Program-made: the position numbers and the translations under genes
In this document: in pieces, positions 1-11,113 of the stretch
Layout: every line of letters starts with the position of its first letter
How positions within the stretch are numbered: the stretch's first letter is position 1
Source of the DNA: Hyalangium minutum
GTDB taxonomy: Bacteria > Myxococcota > Myxococcia > Myxococcales > Myxococcaceae
DNA length: 64,000 nucleotides
Direction of reading: 5' to 3'
Assembly (NCBI RefSeq): GCF_000737315.1
Contig: NZ_JMCB01000003.1
Span: 89,394-153,393 of the forward strand
Notes under the pieces: model-generated
Seen by the model: the letters and a program-made list of their open reading frames with translations, nothing else
Databases searched by the model: none
What the model was told of the DNA's origin: nothing

Positions 1-52
1 GGGGGGATCATTAACGTCCAGCGCGCTTCAGGAAGTCTCTGGAGGACCTGCG

Positions 53-661
53 TTGGGAGGTTCTGTGAGGAAGTCCGTTCTCGTCGCCGCGCTCGCGCTG
101 TCCACCACCGCCCTGGCGGCCACGCCCCCCGAGGGTGTGGAGTACAAGCCCCGCCGTGGCTTCTTCACCGAGACGGACATCGGCATGTTCTTCACGCTCG
201 GCGGGGAGAACACGTACTCCAACGCCCAGTCGTACCTGCAGCTGGGCGTGGGGTATGACTTGACGGAGACGCTCTCGCTGGGGCTGCACTTCGGCCTGGG
301 CTCGTCGGCGGCGAACTGCTTCGCGGGCTACCTGCCGGACTCGGACATCTGCGCGCTGTCGGACAACTTCACCGTGGCCTTCGGGGACATGACGGCCGCG
401 TACCACGTGCGGATGACCGACCGGTTCTACCTGACGCCCAAGGTGGCGGCTGGCTACACGCGGCTGGATCCGGCCCCGGTGGACGTCAGTGGTGATCCCA
501 GCCGCACCCTGCATGCGCTGAACGCGGGGGTGGGCATCGGCATCGAGTACGGGACGATGATGGACCACTTCTCGGTGGGGGCGGACTTCCTGGCTCGCTA
601 CGTCTTCGGCCCGAACATCCCCACGTTCGCGTTGTTCCCGCGGGTGAAGTACACGTTCTAG
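53..661 (+). CDS. Secreted hypothetical protein, probably an outer-membrane beta-barrel
   Basis: TTG start at 53 (alternative GTG at 65) preceded by GGAGG. N-terminal signal peptide (VLVAALALSTTALAA). Alternating hydrophobic/Gly-rich strands and a C-terminal aromatic residue (...KYTF), typical of OMP barrels. The opposite-strand ORF 11..697 is Arg-rich and is rejected. Confidence 0.5.
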   Translation: MGGSVRKSVLVAALALSTTALAATPPEGVEYKPRRGFFTETDIGMFFTLGGENTYSNAQSYLQLGVGYDLTETLSLGLHFGLGSSAANCFAGYLPDSDICALSDNFTVAFGDMTAAYHVRMTDRFYLTPKVAAGYTRLDPAPVDVSGDPSRTLHALNAGVGIGIEYGTMMDHFSVGADFLARYVFGPNIPTFALFPRVKYTF

Positions 662-791
662 GCACCGCCTGCGGCCGGAGCCGTCATTCGCCTTCACACC
701 TTTTTCGGCGTGCGTCCACCCAGGTATCGGAAGCGGGGGACGTGTCGACCGAGGTCGGATAACCTGGCGCGTTCCTCTTCACCTGCGAGGA

Positions 792-2099
792 ATGGCCATG
801 CGTCGATTGTTGGGAGGGTGCTCGGTTCTGGCGGTCTTGCTGTTCGCCTGTGGGGAGCCGGTGGAGACACCTCCGGCTCCTCCTCCGGACGTCCCGCCGA
901 CCTATCACCGGGACATCGCACCGTTGGTGCAAGAGAAGTGCGGGAGCTGCCACACCCAGGGCGGCATCGCCCCGTTCCCGCTGCAGACCTACGCCCAGGT
1001 CTTCGAGATGCGCTGGGCCGTCCAGGCGGCGGTGAAGGCGCGCATCATGCCCCCATGGATGCCCGCGCAAGACTGCACGGAGTACCTGCAGGACCACTCG
1101 CTCTCGGAGGAGCAGATCGCGCTCCTCTCCCGCTGGGTGGATGAGGGCGGTGTGGAGGGCGACGTGGCGGGCGCGCCCGGCGGCACCGGAGTCAGTGAGG
1201 GAGGACTCTCGCGCGTCGACCTGGAAGTCTCGATGGCCGAGCCGTTCACGCCCACGCAGAGGCCGGACCAGTACCGCTGCTTCGTGCTCGACTGGCCCGA
1301 GACCGCTACGCGCTACGTCAGCGGGTTCCGTGGCAACCCGGGGCAGCCGTCGATCGTGCACCACCTCGTCGCGTTCCTTGCCAGGCCGGACGAGGTGGCC
1401 ACCTTCCAGGGGCTGGACGCTGCCGATCCTGAGCCCGGCTACCCGTGCTTCGGTGGCCCTGGCCGGCCTGGGAACACGGTGTCGTGGCTCGGGAGCTGGG
1501 TGCCCGGCAGCACCGGCACGGACTACCCTGAGGGGACTGGCATCCAGGTGGAGCCGGGCTCCAAGATCATCCTCCAGCTTCACTACAACCTGAGCAGCGC
1601 GAACTCGGCGCCGGATCGGACCTCCCTGTCCCTGCGTCTGGAGTCCTCGGTGCAGAAGGTGGCCATCATGCAGCCCTGGTCCAACCCGGCCTGGCTGCAA
1701 CCGGAGGCCATGCGCATCCCCGCGGGCCAGGCGGACGTCCGGTATCGCTTCGCGTTCGACCTGGTGCCCGTGCTCTCGCGCATCACCCGGGGCGCCTTCC
1801 GCGACAACGAGCCCATCACCGTGCACACAGCCGCGCTGCACATGCACACGCTGGGCAGCTGGGGGCGCATGGAGATCGAGCGCAAGACGGGCATCAACGA
1901 CTGCATGCTCCACATCCCGCGCTGGGACTTCCACTGGCAGAGCAGCTACGTGTTCACCCAGTCCAAGGAGGTCAAGCCCGGGGAGCGCATGGCCATCGAG
2001 TGCCACTGGGACAACAGCCAGCCCAACGCCCAGGACGTCACCTGGGGTGAAGGCACGGGCGACGAGATGTGCCTCGGCACCTTCTACATGACCCAGTAA
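792..2099 (+). CDS. Lipoprotein with an N-terminal c-type heme motif (CGSCH) fused to a PHM/DBH-like type II copper monooxygenase-like domain
   Basis: Lipobox LLFAC-G. CxxCH at residues about 50-54. Downstream His pairs (HHLVAF, HMH) and a C-terminal Met (DEMCLGTFYM) spaced as the CuH/CuM sites of peptidylglycine/dopamine-beta-monooxygenase-like proteins. GC3-rich frame. Confidence 0.5.
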   Translation: MAMRRLLGGCSVLAVLLFACGEPVETPPAPPPDVPPTYHRDIAPLVQEKCGSCHTQGGIAPFPLQTYAQVFEMRWAVQAAVKARIMPPWMPAQDCTEYLQDHSLSEEQIALLSRWVDEGGVEGDVAGAPGGTGVSEGGLSRVDLEVSMAEPFTPTQRPDQYRCFVLDWPETATRYVSGFRGNPGQPSIVHHLVAFLARPDEVATFQGLDAADPEPGYPCFGGPGRPGNTVSWLGSWVPGSTGTDYPEGTGIQVEPGSKIILQLHYNLSSANSAPDRTSLSLRLESSVQKVAIMQPWSNPAWLQPEAMRIPAGQADVRYRFAFDLVPVLSRITRGAFRDNEPITVHTAALHMHTLGSWGRMEIERKTGINDCMLHIPRWDFHWQSSYVFTQSKEVKPGERMAIECHWDNSQPNAQDVTWGEGTGDEMCLGTFYMTQ

Positions 2100-2140
2100 G
2101 CCCCTTGGGTGAGGCCGAAATGCTCTTCAGGACATGTTTT

Positions 2141-2173
2141 TTAGCCTTAGGTTCGGCTAATTAACTCCTAAGG
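2141..2173 (+). promoter_or_regulatory. Nested dyad-symmetry element in a low-GC island upstream of amtB
   Basis: Sequence TTAGCCTTAGG-TTCGGCTAATTAACT-CCTAAGG. The arms are TTAGCC/GGCTAA and CCTTAGG/CCTAAGG. It lies about 60 nt upstream of the amtB ATG. Candidate -35 TTGAAA at 2177-2182, a weak -10 at 2200-2205, and a strong RBS AGGAGGAG at 2226-2233. Confidence 0.3.
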
Positions 2174-2235
2174 TACTTGAAAATAGCCGATGCGGTCACC
2201 ATGATGCGTCGCGTCGGATCAAGCCAGGAGGAGCC

Positions 2236-3609
2236 ATGAGGAAGTGGTTGGCAGTCGCGTTGCTCGCGGGGATGGCGGTACTGGGCGTGCTTCAGCCTGC
2301 GGCCCAGGTGAAGCAAGGAGGCCCCATCAACGCGGCCGACACCGCTTGGATCCTCACCGCGACGGCGCTGGTGCTGCTCATGACGCCGGGCCTGTCCTTC
2401 TTCTATGGCGGCATGGTCCGCCTGAAGAACGTGGTGTCCACCCTCATGCAGAGCTTCATGGCCATGGCGGTCATTAGTCTGTTGTGGGTAGTGGTAGGAT
2501 TCAGCCTGAGCTTTGGCGACAGCTTCCACGGGCTCATCGGCGATCCGCGCACCTTCTTCATGTTCAGTGGCGTGGGCGGGGAGACGCACCCGGATCTGGC
2601 GCCCACCATCCCGCTGATGCTGTTCGCGCTGTTCCAGCTGAAGTTCGCGATCATCACCCCGGCGCTGATCACCGGCGCGTTCGCCGAGCGCGTGCGCTTC
2701 AAGGCGTACGTCATCTTCATGGTGCTCTTCAGCCTGTTCATCTACGCGCCGCTGGCGCACTGGACGTGGCACCCGGAGGGCTTCCTGCGGCAGTGGGGCG
2801 TGCTGGACTTCGCGGGCGGCACGGTGGTGCACATGTCTGCGGGTTTCGCGGCGCTGGCCGGAGCCCTGGTGCTGGGGCGGAGGCAGGTGCACCTGGCCAA
2901 CGTGACGCACACGCCGGCCAACATCCCCTTCGTCCTGCTGGGCACGGGCATGCTGTGGTTCGGGTGGTTCGGGTTCAACGCGGGCTCGGCGCTGTCGGCC
3001 TCGTCCGCTGCGACGCTGGCCTTCGCGACCACGAATACGGCCTCGGCGGCGGCGATGCTGGGGTGGCTGGCCTTTGACTGGCTGCGCGGCCGTCAGCCGA
3101 GCGCCATGGGCGCCTGTGTGGGCGCAGTGGTCGGCCTGGTGGCGGTGACGCCGGCGGCCGGCTTCATCACCGTGGGCCAGAGCATCATGGTGGGCCTGGT
3201 GGCGAGCCTCGTGAGCAACGCGGCGGTGCACTTCAAGAGCCGCACCGCGCTGGACGACACGCTGGACGTGTTCCCCTGTCACGGCCTGGGCGGAGTGGTG
3301 GGCATGGTGCTCACCGGCGTGCTGGCCAAGGATGTGGGGCTCGTCTACGGCCAGACCCGCACCTTCCTCATGCACCTGCTGGGGCTGGTGGTGGTCTCGG
3401 TCTTCTCCTTCGTCGGCTCGTACCTGCTCTACAAGCTGGTGGATCGCATCGTCCCGCTGCGCGTGACGCGCGAGCAGGAGGAGCAGGGGCTCGATCTCAG
3501 CCAGCACGGTGAGACGGTGGGCGAGACCGCCGTGGCTCCTGCGGCACCGGAGGCTCCTCGTTCCGAGCCCACTCCGCCCGCTCAGCCGGGGGTACCGGTC
3601 CCCGCGTAG
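2236..3609 (+). CDS. amtB: Ammonium transporter (Amt/MEP family) with a Pro/Ala-rich C-terminal tail
   Basis: Signal peptide and the Amt signature region (AADTAWILTATALVLLMTPGLSFFYGGMVR). 11-12 predicted TM segments. Strong RBS. Confidence 0.93.
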   Translation: MRKWLAVALLAGMAVLGVLQPAAQVKQGGPINAADTAWILTATALVLLMTPGLSFFYGGMVRLKNVVSTLMQSFMAMAVISLLWVVVGFSLSFGDSFHGLIGDPRTFFMFSGVGGETHPDLAPTIPLMLFALFQLKFAIITPALITGAFAERVRFKAYVIFMVLFSLFIYAPLAHWTWHPEGFLRQWGVLDFAGGTVVHMSAGFAALAGALVLGRRQVHLANVTHTPANIPFVLLGTGMLWFGWFGFNAGSALSASSAATLAFATTNTASAAAMLGWLAFDWLRGRQPSAMGACVGAVVGLVAVTPAAGFITVGQSIMVGLVASLVSNAAVHFKSRTALDDTLDVFPCHGLGGVVGMVLTGVLAKDVGLVYGQTRTFLMHLLGLVVVSVFSFVGSYLLYKLVDRIVPLRVTREQEEQGLDLSQHGETVGETAVAPAAPEAPRSEPTPPAQPGVPVPA

Positions 3610-3631
3610 GTGTGCAGACGGTGGTGGGTTC

Positions 3632-3680
3632 GCGGCGGCGGCTCCTTTGTTCGGGGCCGCCGCTTTGCTTTTCTGCTTCT
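3632..3680 (+). terminator. Intrinsic terminator after amtB
   Basis: Stem GCGGCGGCUCC / GGGGCCGCCGC (11 bp with one G-U pair), loop UUUGUUC, followed by UUUGCUUUUCUGCUUCU. Sits in the convergent gap between amtB and the gene at 3691..4965. Confidence 0.5.
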
Positions 3681-3690
3681 GGAAGAGGGC

Positions 3691-4965
3691 TCAGCGCGAC
3701 TGCGGCTGCGAGGCCTGCTCCGAGGCCACGGGCGTGAGCTTCCACGTACCGTACCAGCGGCCTCCCTGGGGATCCTCGGCGAAGGCCACACCTTGGAGCG
3801 CTCCGGCCTGGAGGACCGCGCGGAACTGCACCGTGGTCTCCAGGAACGAGGGATCGCGGATGGAGAAGGTGAGCTCGTTGCTCTGCAGGACCGGCTGGAG
3901 GGGAGCCTCGGCTGTGCCGCCCTGGCTGAAGGTGAGGCGCGCGCGGCCGTTCATCCCGTTCCCCGTGTCTTCGAGAGAGAGGCGCAGGGTGGCGGGTGTC
4001 ATGCCCGTCTCAGCGGGGTAGAGGGCCAGCGAGCCGCTCCAGGTGCCTGCGAGCCGGGCCGGCGGAAGGGGCTCGCCCTGAGGCAGGCTGGGGAGGGGGG
4101 GATGCGCGGGCGCTGGGGCCGTGCCGGTGGGGGGGAGCTTCTGCGTGAGAGCCACCTCGGAGCCCACCTGTTGCAGGTAGCGCGCGGTGTCCTCAGGAAG
4201 GGACACGAGCGTCACCGGGTGGGCGGCGTCGAAGCCTGAGCCCGTCCAGGGCGCACCGGTGAGGGTGCCGGGCGCACCCGTGCAGGGCTGGTGGAAGATC
4301 GAGGCGAACAGGACACAGGCCGAGAGGTAGCTGCCCGCAGGCCCGGGGTGGTGGCCGTCCTGCGCATACAGCTCGAGCTCGGGGTGCTCGCGGCGGACGC
4401 GCTCCCATGCGACGCCCACAGGGGCGAGCGCGGCACCCAGCTCGGAGGCAATGCGCGCGTAGGCTTGGGTGAGGTGCCCCTGGGCGGCCAGGTTCGCCTT
4501 GCGAGACCACGTCATATAGAAGAGCGGCTTTGCGCCCACCGCCGAGGCCTGGGCCGCCAGCTGGCGCGCCGCGGGGAAGAACAGCGGCTCGGGATCGCCC
4601 AGGTAGGCCACGCCGTCGATGCGCATGCCTCCCAGCAGGCTCTGCTCCTGGAGCACCACGTGGCTCCATCCACCCTCGGCCATGCGCCGGGAGGCGGTGC
4701 CCTCCGTGAGGAGCCATCGCAGCGTCGCGCCGCCGGTCAGCACGGACTCCGTCTCGATTCGGGACTGCGGGGCCAGGGCGCGCGCGAATCCCTTCAGCAT
4801 CTCGGGGACGCTGTTCTCATACGTGTAGCTGTTGCCGATGAAGAGGACTCGGGTCATGGCGGAGGGACCTGCGTCGGTAGAGGCCTCGGTGGACGGCGGG
4901 GGACTGCGGTCTGTGCGCGAGGTGCAGCCCAGCAGGAGAAGCAGGCTCCAGAACAAGCGGGACAT
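3691..4965 (-). CDS. SGNH/GDSL-like hydrolase lipoprotein with a C-terminal beta-rich extension of unknown function
   Basis: Lipoprotein signal (LLLLLGCTS). Block I motif VLFIGNSYTYEN places Ser in a GxSxT context. Family assignment is from motif resemblance only. Confidence 0.45.
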   Translation of the reverse strand: MSRLFWSLLLLLGCTSRTDRSPPPSTEASTDAGPSAMTRVLFIGNSYTYENSVPEMLKGFARALAPQSRIETESVLTGGATLRWLLTEGTASRRMAEGGWSHVVLQEQSLLGGMRIDGVAYLGDPEPLFFPAARQLAAQASAVGAKPLFYMTWSRKANLAAQGHLTQAYARIASELGAALAPVGVAWERVRREHPELELYAQDGHHPGPAGSYLSACVLFASIFHQPCTGAPGTLTGAPWTGSGFDAAHPVTLVSLPEDTARYLQQVGSEVALTQKLPPTGTAPAPAHPPLPSLPQGEPLPPARLAGTWSGSLALYPAETGMTPATLRLSLEDTGNGMNGRARLTFSQGGTAEAPLQPVLQSNELTFSIRDPSFLETTVQFRAVLQAGALQGVAFAEDPQGGRWYGTWKLTPVASEQASQPQSR

Positions 4966-4979
4966 GGCGAGAGGAGCGT

Positions 4980-5723
4980 TCAGAAGCGCCCGGCGAGTCC
5001 ACCGAGGACGCCGCCGTGAGGGGTGACGGTGGCCACTGGAATAACCATCGGCGTGAGGGCCCGGTCGCGTTGCCTTCGGGCGAGGGCCCGCGAGTGGGAG
5101 AGCTCGTAGCCGATCATGCCTCCGACAACAGGTCCGGCGATGAAGGGGATGACCGCCAACTCATCCGCGGAAGAGGCCAGGCCCAGAGCGAGAAGAGAGC
5201 CGATCAGGGTACCGATCGCCGCGCCGCCGGCGGTGGGCCAGTACTCGCCCTCGCCGTGCAGGAGACTTCCCGCGCCGGTGATGCCGAGGGCCGCTCCTCC
5301 CGCGAGCCCTGCCAGGCCGAGACCCAAGCCAAGGATGGCTCGGGAATCCTCTCCGCCGTTGCAGGCGTCATCGCAGAGGATCGCGCTGAAGATGAGGAGT
5401 CCTCCGGGGATGATGCCCACGGAAGCGCCGACGCTCCCTCCGACGAGCTCGAGGAGCAGCCGAGGCGCGGTGGGACTGGGGTCGGTGCCGGCGTACCAGT
5501 CGCGACGGATGATCTCGCCCCGAGACGCGTCCTCAGGGGAGGGCTCGAGGGAATCGCTCGGGGCCGCCTGAGGGCTGTCGGCAGGGGACTCGGGAGGCGC
5601 CGGGACGAGCGGAGGGGGTGTCACGTTGGGGACCGGTTGCTCGAGAGGAGCCGCGTTCTGGGCGAGTCCTGGCAGGGGGAGCAGGAGGCAGAACAGCAGC
5701 GGCGCGAGGCGAGCGGTCGGCAT
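4980..5723 (-). CDS. Secreted Pro-rich protein with a glycine-zipper membrane segment (hypothetical)
   Basis: Signal peptide (LLFCLLLPLPGLAQ). Pro/Ser-rich linker. GxxxG-rich hydrophobic C-terminal half. GC3-rich frame. The overlapping + strand ORF 5016..6059 is Arg-rich and rejected. Confidence 0.4.
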   Translation of the reverse strand: MPTARLAPLLFCLLLPLPGLAQNAAPLEQPVPNVTPPPLVPAPPESPADSPQAAPSDSLEPSPEDASRGEIIRRDWYAGTDPSPTAPRLLLELVGGSVGASVGIIPGGLLIFSAILCDDACNGGEDSRAILGLGLGLAGLAGGAALGITGAGSLLHGEGEYWPTAGGAAIGTLIGSLLALGLASSADELAVIPFIAGPVVGGMIGYELSHSRALARRQRDRALTPMVIPVATVTPHGGVLGGLAGRF

Positions 5724-5775
5724 GCCCCGCAGCGTAATGCCGTGGGAGTGGGAGCAGGAAGCTCAAGGCATGACA

Positions 5776-5802
5776 GAACCTGTCCGACAAGTAGACAGGT
5801 TC
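5776..5802. promoter_or_regulatory. Perfect 9-bp inverted repeat GAACCTGTC-N9-GACAGGTTC in a divergent intergenic region
   Basis: Read directly from sequence at 5776-5784 and 5794-5802, with an inner GACAG-N3-CTGTC palindrome just before it. Lies between the start of the gene at 5723 (-) and the Uma2 gene at 5924 (+). Confidence 0.3.
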
Positions 5803-5923
5803 GTGGCGGCTCCGTCCGGCAGGCGCCGCTGTATCCTGGTGGGCACTGGGGCTGCGGGGTCCCTTGCGCTCATGGGGGTTGCAAGGCAACCTACAAGGTA
5901 GGGTCAGACCCACGTGACCCAGG

Positions 5924-6544
5924 ATGTCAGACCCGGACGGTAGACCCCTCCCCATGGAAACGGGGATGGGCGTTGGAGAGGATGAAGAGAGCATGGGGCG
6001 CAAACCGGCCACGTACGCGGATCTGGAAGCGTTACCCGAGAACGTGGTGGGGGAGCTGATCGCTGGGGAGCTGTACGTCAGCCCTCGGCCAGCGTCGCGT
6101 CACGCCCGGGCCGCCTCTGTGCTGGGCGTCAAGCTAGGAGGCCCTTTTGACCTGCGAGATGGAGGTCCGGGAGGCTGGGGCATCCTCGACGAACCGGAAC
6201 TTCACTTCGGGGAGGATGCGCTGGTGCCAGACTTGGCGGGCTGGAGGCGGGAACGGATGCCCGCGTTGCCGGACACCGCAGCCTTCGAGTTGGCACCGGA
6301 TTGGGTGTGCGAGGTGCTCTCTCCGTCCACGGCCTCGCTGGATCGGACCATCAAACTCCCGGTGTATGCCCGTGAAGGGGTCAGCCATCTGTGGCTGGTG
6401 GACCCCAAGGCGCGCACGCTGGAGGTGCTCCGGCTCGACGGGGAGCGCTACACGCTCCTGGGCAAACACGAGGCAGGTGCCCGTGTTCGCGCGGAGCCCT
6501 TCGAGGCGCTCGAACTGGAGCTGGCCCCCCTCTGGGAGATGTAG
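5924..6544 (+). CDS. Uma2 family (DUF820) putative restriction-endonuclease-like protein
   Basis: Conserved Uma2 core (...PDLAGWRRERMP...PDWVCEVLSPST...KLPVYAREGVSHLWLVDP...). The true start is probably the internal Met near MGRKPATYADLE. Confidence 0.75.
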   Translation: MSDPDGRPLPMETGMGVGEDEESMGRKPATYADLEALPENVVGELIAGELYVSPRPASRHARAASVLGVKLGGPFDLRDGGPGGWGILDEPELHFGEDALVPDLAGWRRERMPALPDTAAFELAPDWVCEVLSPSTASLDRTIKLPVYAREGVSHLWLVDPKARTLEVLRLDGERYTLLGKHEAGARVRAEPFEALELELAPLWEM

Positions 6545-6581
6545 TCCCGAGGAGGGCTCCAGCGGCGCCCCGGTACCGCGG

Positions 6582-8423
6582 TTACGCCTCTTCGCGCTCC
6601 TCGCGCTTGCGGTCACGCTCGGCGCGGTAGCGCTCTCCGAACGCGAGCGACTTCTTGCGCAGGCGCACCGACTTGGGCGTCACCTCCACCAACTCGTCGT
6701 CCGCGATCCACTCCAGCGCCTTCTCCAGCCCCATCTCGCGAGGCGGCGTGAGGATGACGTTCTCATCCCGGCCCGCGGCGCGGATGTTGGTCAGCTTCTT
6801 CTCGCGGCAGCAGTTGACGTTCAGCTCCGAGGGGTGGGCGTGCTCGCCGATGATCATCCCCTCGTACACCGTCACGCCCGCGCCCACGAACAGCGCCCCG
6901 CGCTCCTGGATGCTGAACAGCGCGTACGGCACCGTCTCGCCCAGGCGGTCGGACACCATCGCGCCGTTGCTCCGCTTCGGGATGTAGCCGAACCACGGCT
7001 CGTACCCGTCGAACTGGCTGCTCATGATGCCCTCACCGCGCGTAATGGTGAGGAACTCCGAGCGGAACCCAATCAGGCCGCGCGCCGGAATCCGGAACTG
7101 CAACCGCGTGCGGCCGGAGCCCAGCTGCGTCATGTCCACCATGCGCCCCTTGCGAGGCCCCAGCCGCTCGGTCACCGCGCCTACGCTGTTCTCGGGCACG
7201 TCGCACACCAGCAGCTCCATGGGCTCGTGGACCTGTCCCTCGATCGTCTTCGTCAGCGGCTCCGGGTTCGAGGCCGTCAGCTCGTAGCCCTCGCGGCGCA
7301 TCGTCTCGATGATGACCGCCAGCTGGAGCTCGCCACGCCCCACCACCCGGAACGCGTCCGGCGTCGCCGTGTCCTCCACGCGGATGGCCACGTTGCGGTA
7401 GGACTCGCGGTACAGGCGCTCGCGCAGGTTGCGGGAGGTGACGTACTTGCCCTCCTTGCCCGCCAGAGGCCCGTCGTTCACCCGGAAGATCATCATCATC
7501 GTGGGCTCTTCCACGGTGATGCGGGGCAGGGCCACCGGGTTCTCCGGATCGGAGATGGTGTCGCCGATCGAGATGTCCTCGATGCCCGCGATGGAGACGA
7601 TCTCTCCCGGGCCGGCGTCCTGAATCTCCGTGCGCTTCAGGCCCTGGAAGCCGTACAGCTTGACGATCTTGCCCTTCTCGATCTTGCCACCCTCACGCAC
7701 CACGGACACAGGCATGTTCGGCGTCAGCTTGCCGGCCAGGATGCGGCCCACCGCGAGGCGGCCCACGTAGTCGTCGTAGTCCAGGTTGGCCACCAGCAGC
7801 TGCGGCACCGTCTGCTCGCTCTGGGGCGGGGGAGGGATGTGGCTCAGGATCGCCGCGAACAGCGGCTCCAGCGTCTTGCCCGGCACCTCCAGCTGCGTGG
7901 AGGCCTGACCCTGGCGGGCGATCGTGTAGAGCACCGGCATCTCGAGCTGCGTGTCGTCCGCGCCCAGATCGATGTAGAGCGAGTACACGTGGTCCAGCAC
8001 TTCCTTGGCCCGAGCGTCCTGCCGGTCGATCTTGTTGATGACCAGCACCGTCTTCAGGCCCATGGCCAGCGCCTTGCTGAGCACGAAGCGCGTCTGGGGC
8101 AGGGGGCCCTCGGCGGCGTCCACCAGGAGGATGACGCCATCCACCAGGCGCAGGCCGCGCTCCACCTCGCCGCCGAAGTCCGCGTGGCCCGGCGTGTCGA
8201 TGATGTTGATCTGGGTTCCCTTGTAGGTAACGGCCGTGTTCTTCGCGAGGATGGTGATGCCCTTCTCGCGCTCGAGGTCGTTGGAGTCCATCACCCGCTC
8301 AACGACGGCTTCGTTGCTGCGGAAGATGCCCGCCTGGCGGAGCATGTGATCGACGAGGGTGGTCTTGCCATGGTCAACGTGGGCGACGATGGCGACGTTA
8401 CGGATATTTTCGCGAGCAATCAT
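6582..8423 (-). CDS. typA: Translational GTPase TypA/BipA
   Basis: [13 protein letters not shown]1 motif, [13 protein letters not shown], and full-length EF-G-like architecture (613 aa). The antisense 777-aa ORF 6147..8480 is rejected. Confidence 0.95.
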   Translation of the reverse strand: MIARENIRNVAIVAHVDHGKTTLVDHMLRQAGIFRSNEAVVERVMDSNDLEREKGITILAKNTAVTYKGTQINIIDTPGHADFGGEVERGLRLVDGVILLVDAAEGPLPQTRFVLSKALAMGLKTVLVINKIDRQDARAKEVLDHVYSLYIDLGADDTQLEMPVLYTIARQGQASTQLEVPGKTLEPLFAAILSHIPPPPQSEQTVPQLLVANLDYDDYVGRLAVGRILAGKLTPNMPVSVVREGGKIEKGKIVKLYGFQGLKRTEIQDAGPGEIVSIAGIEDISIGDTISDPENPVALPRITVEEPTMMMIFRVNDGPLAGKEGKYVTSRNLRERLYRESYRNVAIRVEDTATPDAFRVVGRGELQLAVIIETMRREGYELTASNPEPLTKTIEGQVHEPMELLVCDVPENSVGAVTERLGPRKGRMVDMTQLGSGRTRLQFRIPARGLIGFRSEFLTITRGEGIMSSQFDGYEPWFGYIPKRSNGAMVSDRLGETVPYALFSIQERGALFVGAGVTVYEGMIIGEHAHPSELNVNCCREKKLTNIRAAGRDENVILTPPREMGLEKALEWIADDELVEVTPKSVRLRKKSLAFGERYRAERDRKREEREEA

Positions 8424-8593
8424 ACGGACAAAGACTCGAAGCTGAAGGGCAGGGCATTCAGTGGAACAGGTTCACCCTGAATCCCACCGGAACGCACGAG
8501 GCGGGGGCTTATATGCCGCAGCCCCCTCGTCCGCAATGAACGCCGGTCGCTTTGTGCCCCTCGTATCCGCTCCGAGCGGAACTGCTGGGCTGC

Positions 8594-9523
8594 TTACCGG
8601 GGCGGAGTGCCTTCCCCTGAGGGGAGGCGGGGCGGCGGCGGAGCGAGGTGGATGCCCAGCCGGTCGCGCAGGAAGCGCTCGACGCGGAGCTCGACCAGCT
8701 CCTTGTACTCCAGGGGAGCGGTGTGGGTCCCCAGCGGCACCAGCATCAGCTCGGCGCCGGGGATGCGCTCGGCCATCTTCCGGGAGAGCCGGGCCGGGGT
8801 GAACTTGTCCTTCTCGCCCGCGATGATGAGCGTGGGTACGTCCACGTGGGGCAGATGGTCCCACGCCGTGTGGTTCGCCATGGAGTCCAGCGTCCGGACG
8901 AAGACCACCGGGTCCATCTTGGCCAGGTGCTCGAAGTAGGGGGCGAAGTCCTCGCGGGACAGCAGATCCCGGTTCACCTCCACCGTGAGGGCCACCTGCA
9001 TGGCCAACTCCGTGCTCAGCAGCGAGTGCACCAGCTTGCCTGCCCGCTCGGGGTACTTCTCCACGAGGTGCCGGATGAGGGGGAAGACGCGCTTGAGGTA
9101 CGTGGAGTCGTGGAAGGTGTCGAGCGGGTTGCCGTAGCTGCCGCAGATGAGCACCAGCCCCCGGACGCGGTGCGCGTAGCGGCGGTGGAACTCCAGCGCC
9201 ACCTGCACACCGATGGAGTGTCCGAAGATGACCCCTTGCTTTACCGCGGCCGCGTCCATCACCCGGTCGAGGTCCTCGCAGGTGTAGAGCATGCCGAAGC
9301 GGGAGCGATCCTGCGGAATCCCCGAGCGGCCATGCCCCCGGTAGTGCCAGCGCAGCACCCGGTGGTCCCGGGCCAGGTAGGGCGTGAGGTACTTCCACGC
9401 GAACCCGTCACAGCCCAGCCCATCGCACAGCACCATGCCGGGCTCGCCGTCGCCGAGCACCTGGAAGTACAGCCCGGCCCCGTCGGGCACCTGGAGGTAG
9501 TCCTGCCGGAAGTAGTGGCTCAT
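8594..9523 (-). CDS. Alpha/beta-hydrolase fold protein
   Basis: GHSIG nucleophile-elbow motif and HGxGxS-like N-terminal block. Starts 3 nt after the stop of the upstream sigma-54 activator gene, so likely the same operon. Confidence 0.8.
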   Translation of the reverse strand: MSHYFRQDYLQVPDGAGLYFQVLGDGEPGMVLCDGLGCDGFAWKYLTPYLARDHRVLRWHYRGHGRSGIPQDRSRFGMLYTCEDLDRVMDAAAVKQGVIFGHSIGVQVALEFHRRYAHRVRGLVLICGSYGNPLDTFHDSTYLKRVFPLIRHLVEKYPERAGKLVHSLLSTELAMQVALTVEVNRDLLSREDFAPYFEHLAKMDPVVFVRTLDSMANHTAWDHLPHVDVPTLIIAGEKDKFTPARLSRKMAERIPGAELMLVPLGTHTAPLEYKELVELRVERFLRDRLGIHLAPPPPRLPSGEGTPPR

Positions 9524-9526
9524 GGC

Positions 9527-11113
<1,587 letters not shown>

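Noticed and set aside
684-2006. 440-aa minus-strand ORF
   Set aside because: Antisense to the lipoprotein monooxygenase gene, which has a lipobox, a CxxCH motif and GC3 bias. Shadow ORF.
6147-8480. 777-aa ORF on the + strand
   Set aside because: It lies entirely antisense to the clearly recognisable typA gene. Composition is Arg/Ala/Gly-rich, typical of shadow frames in high-GC DNA. It has no family resemblance.
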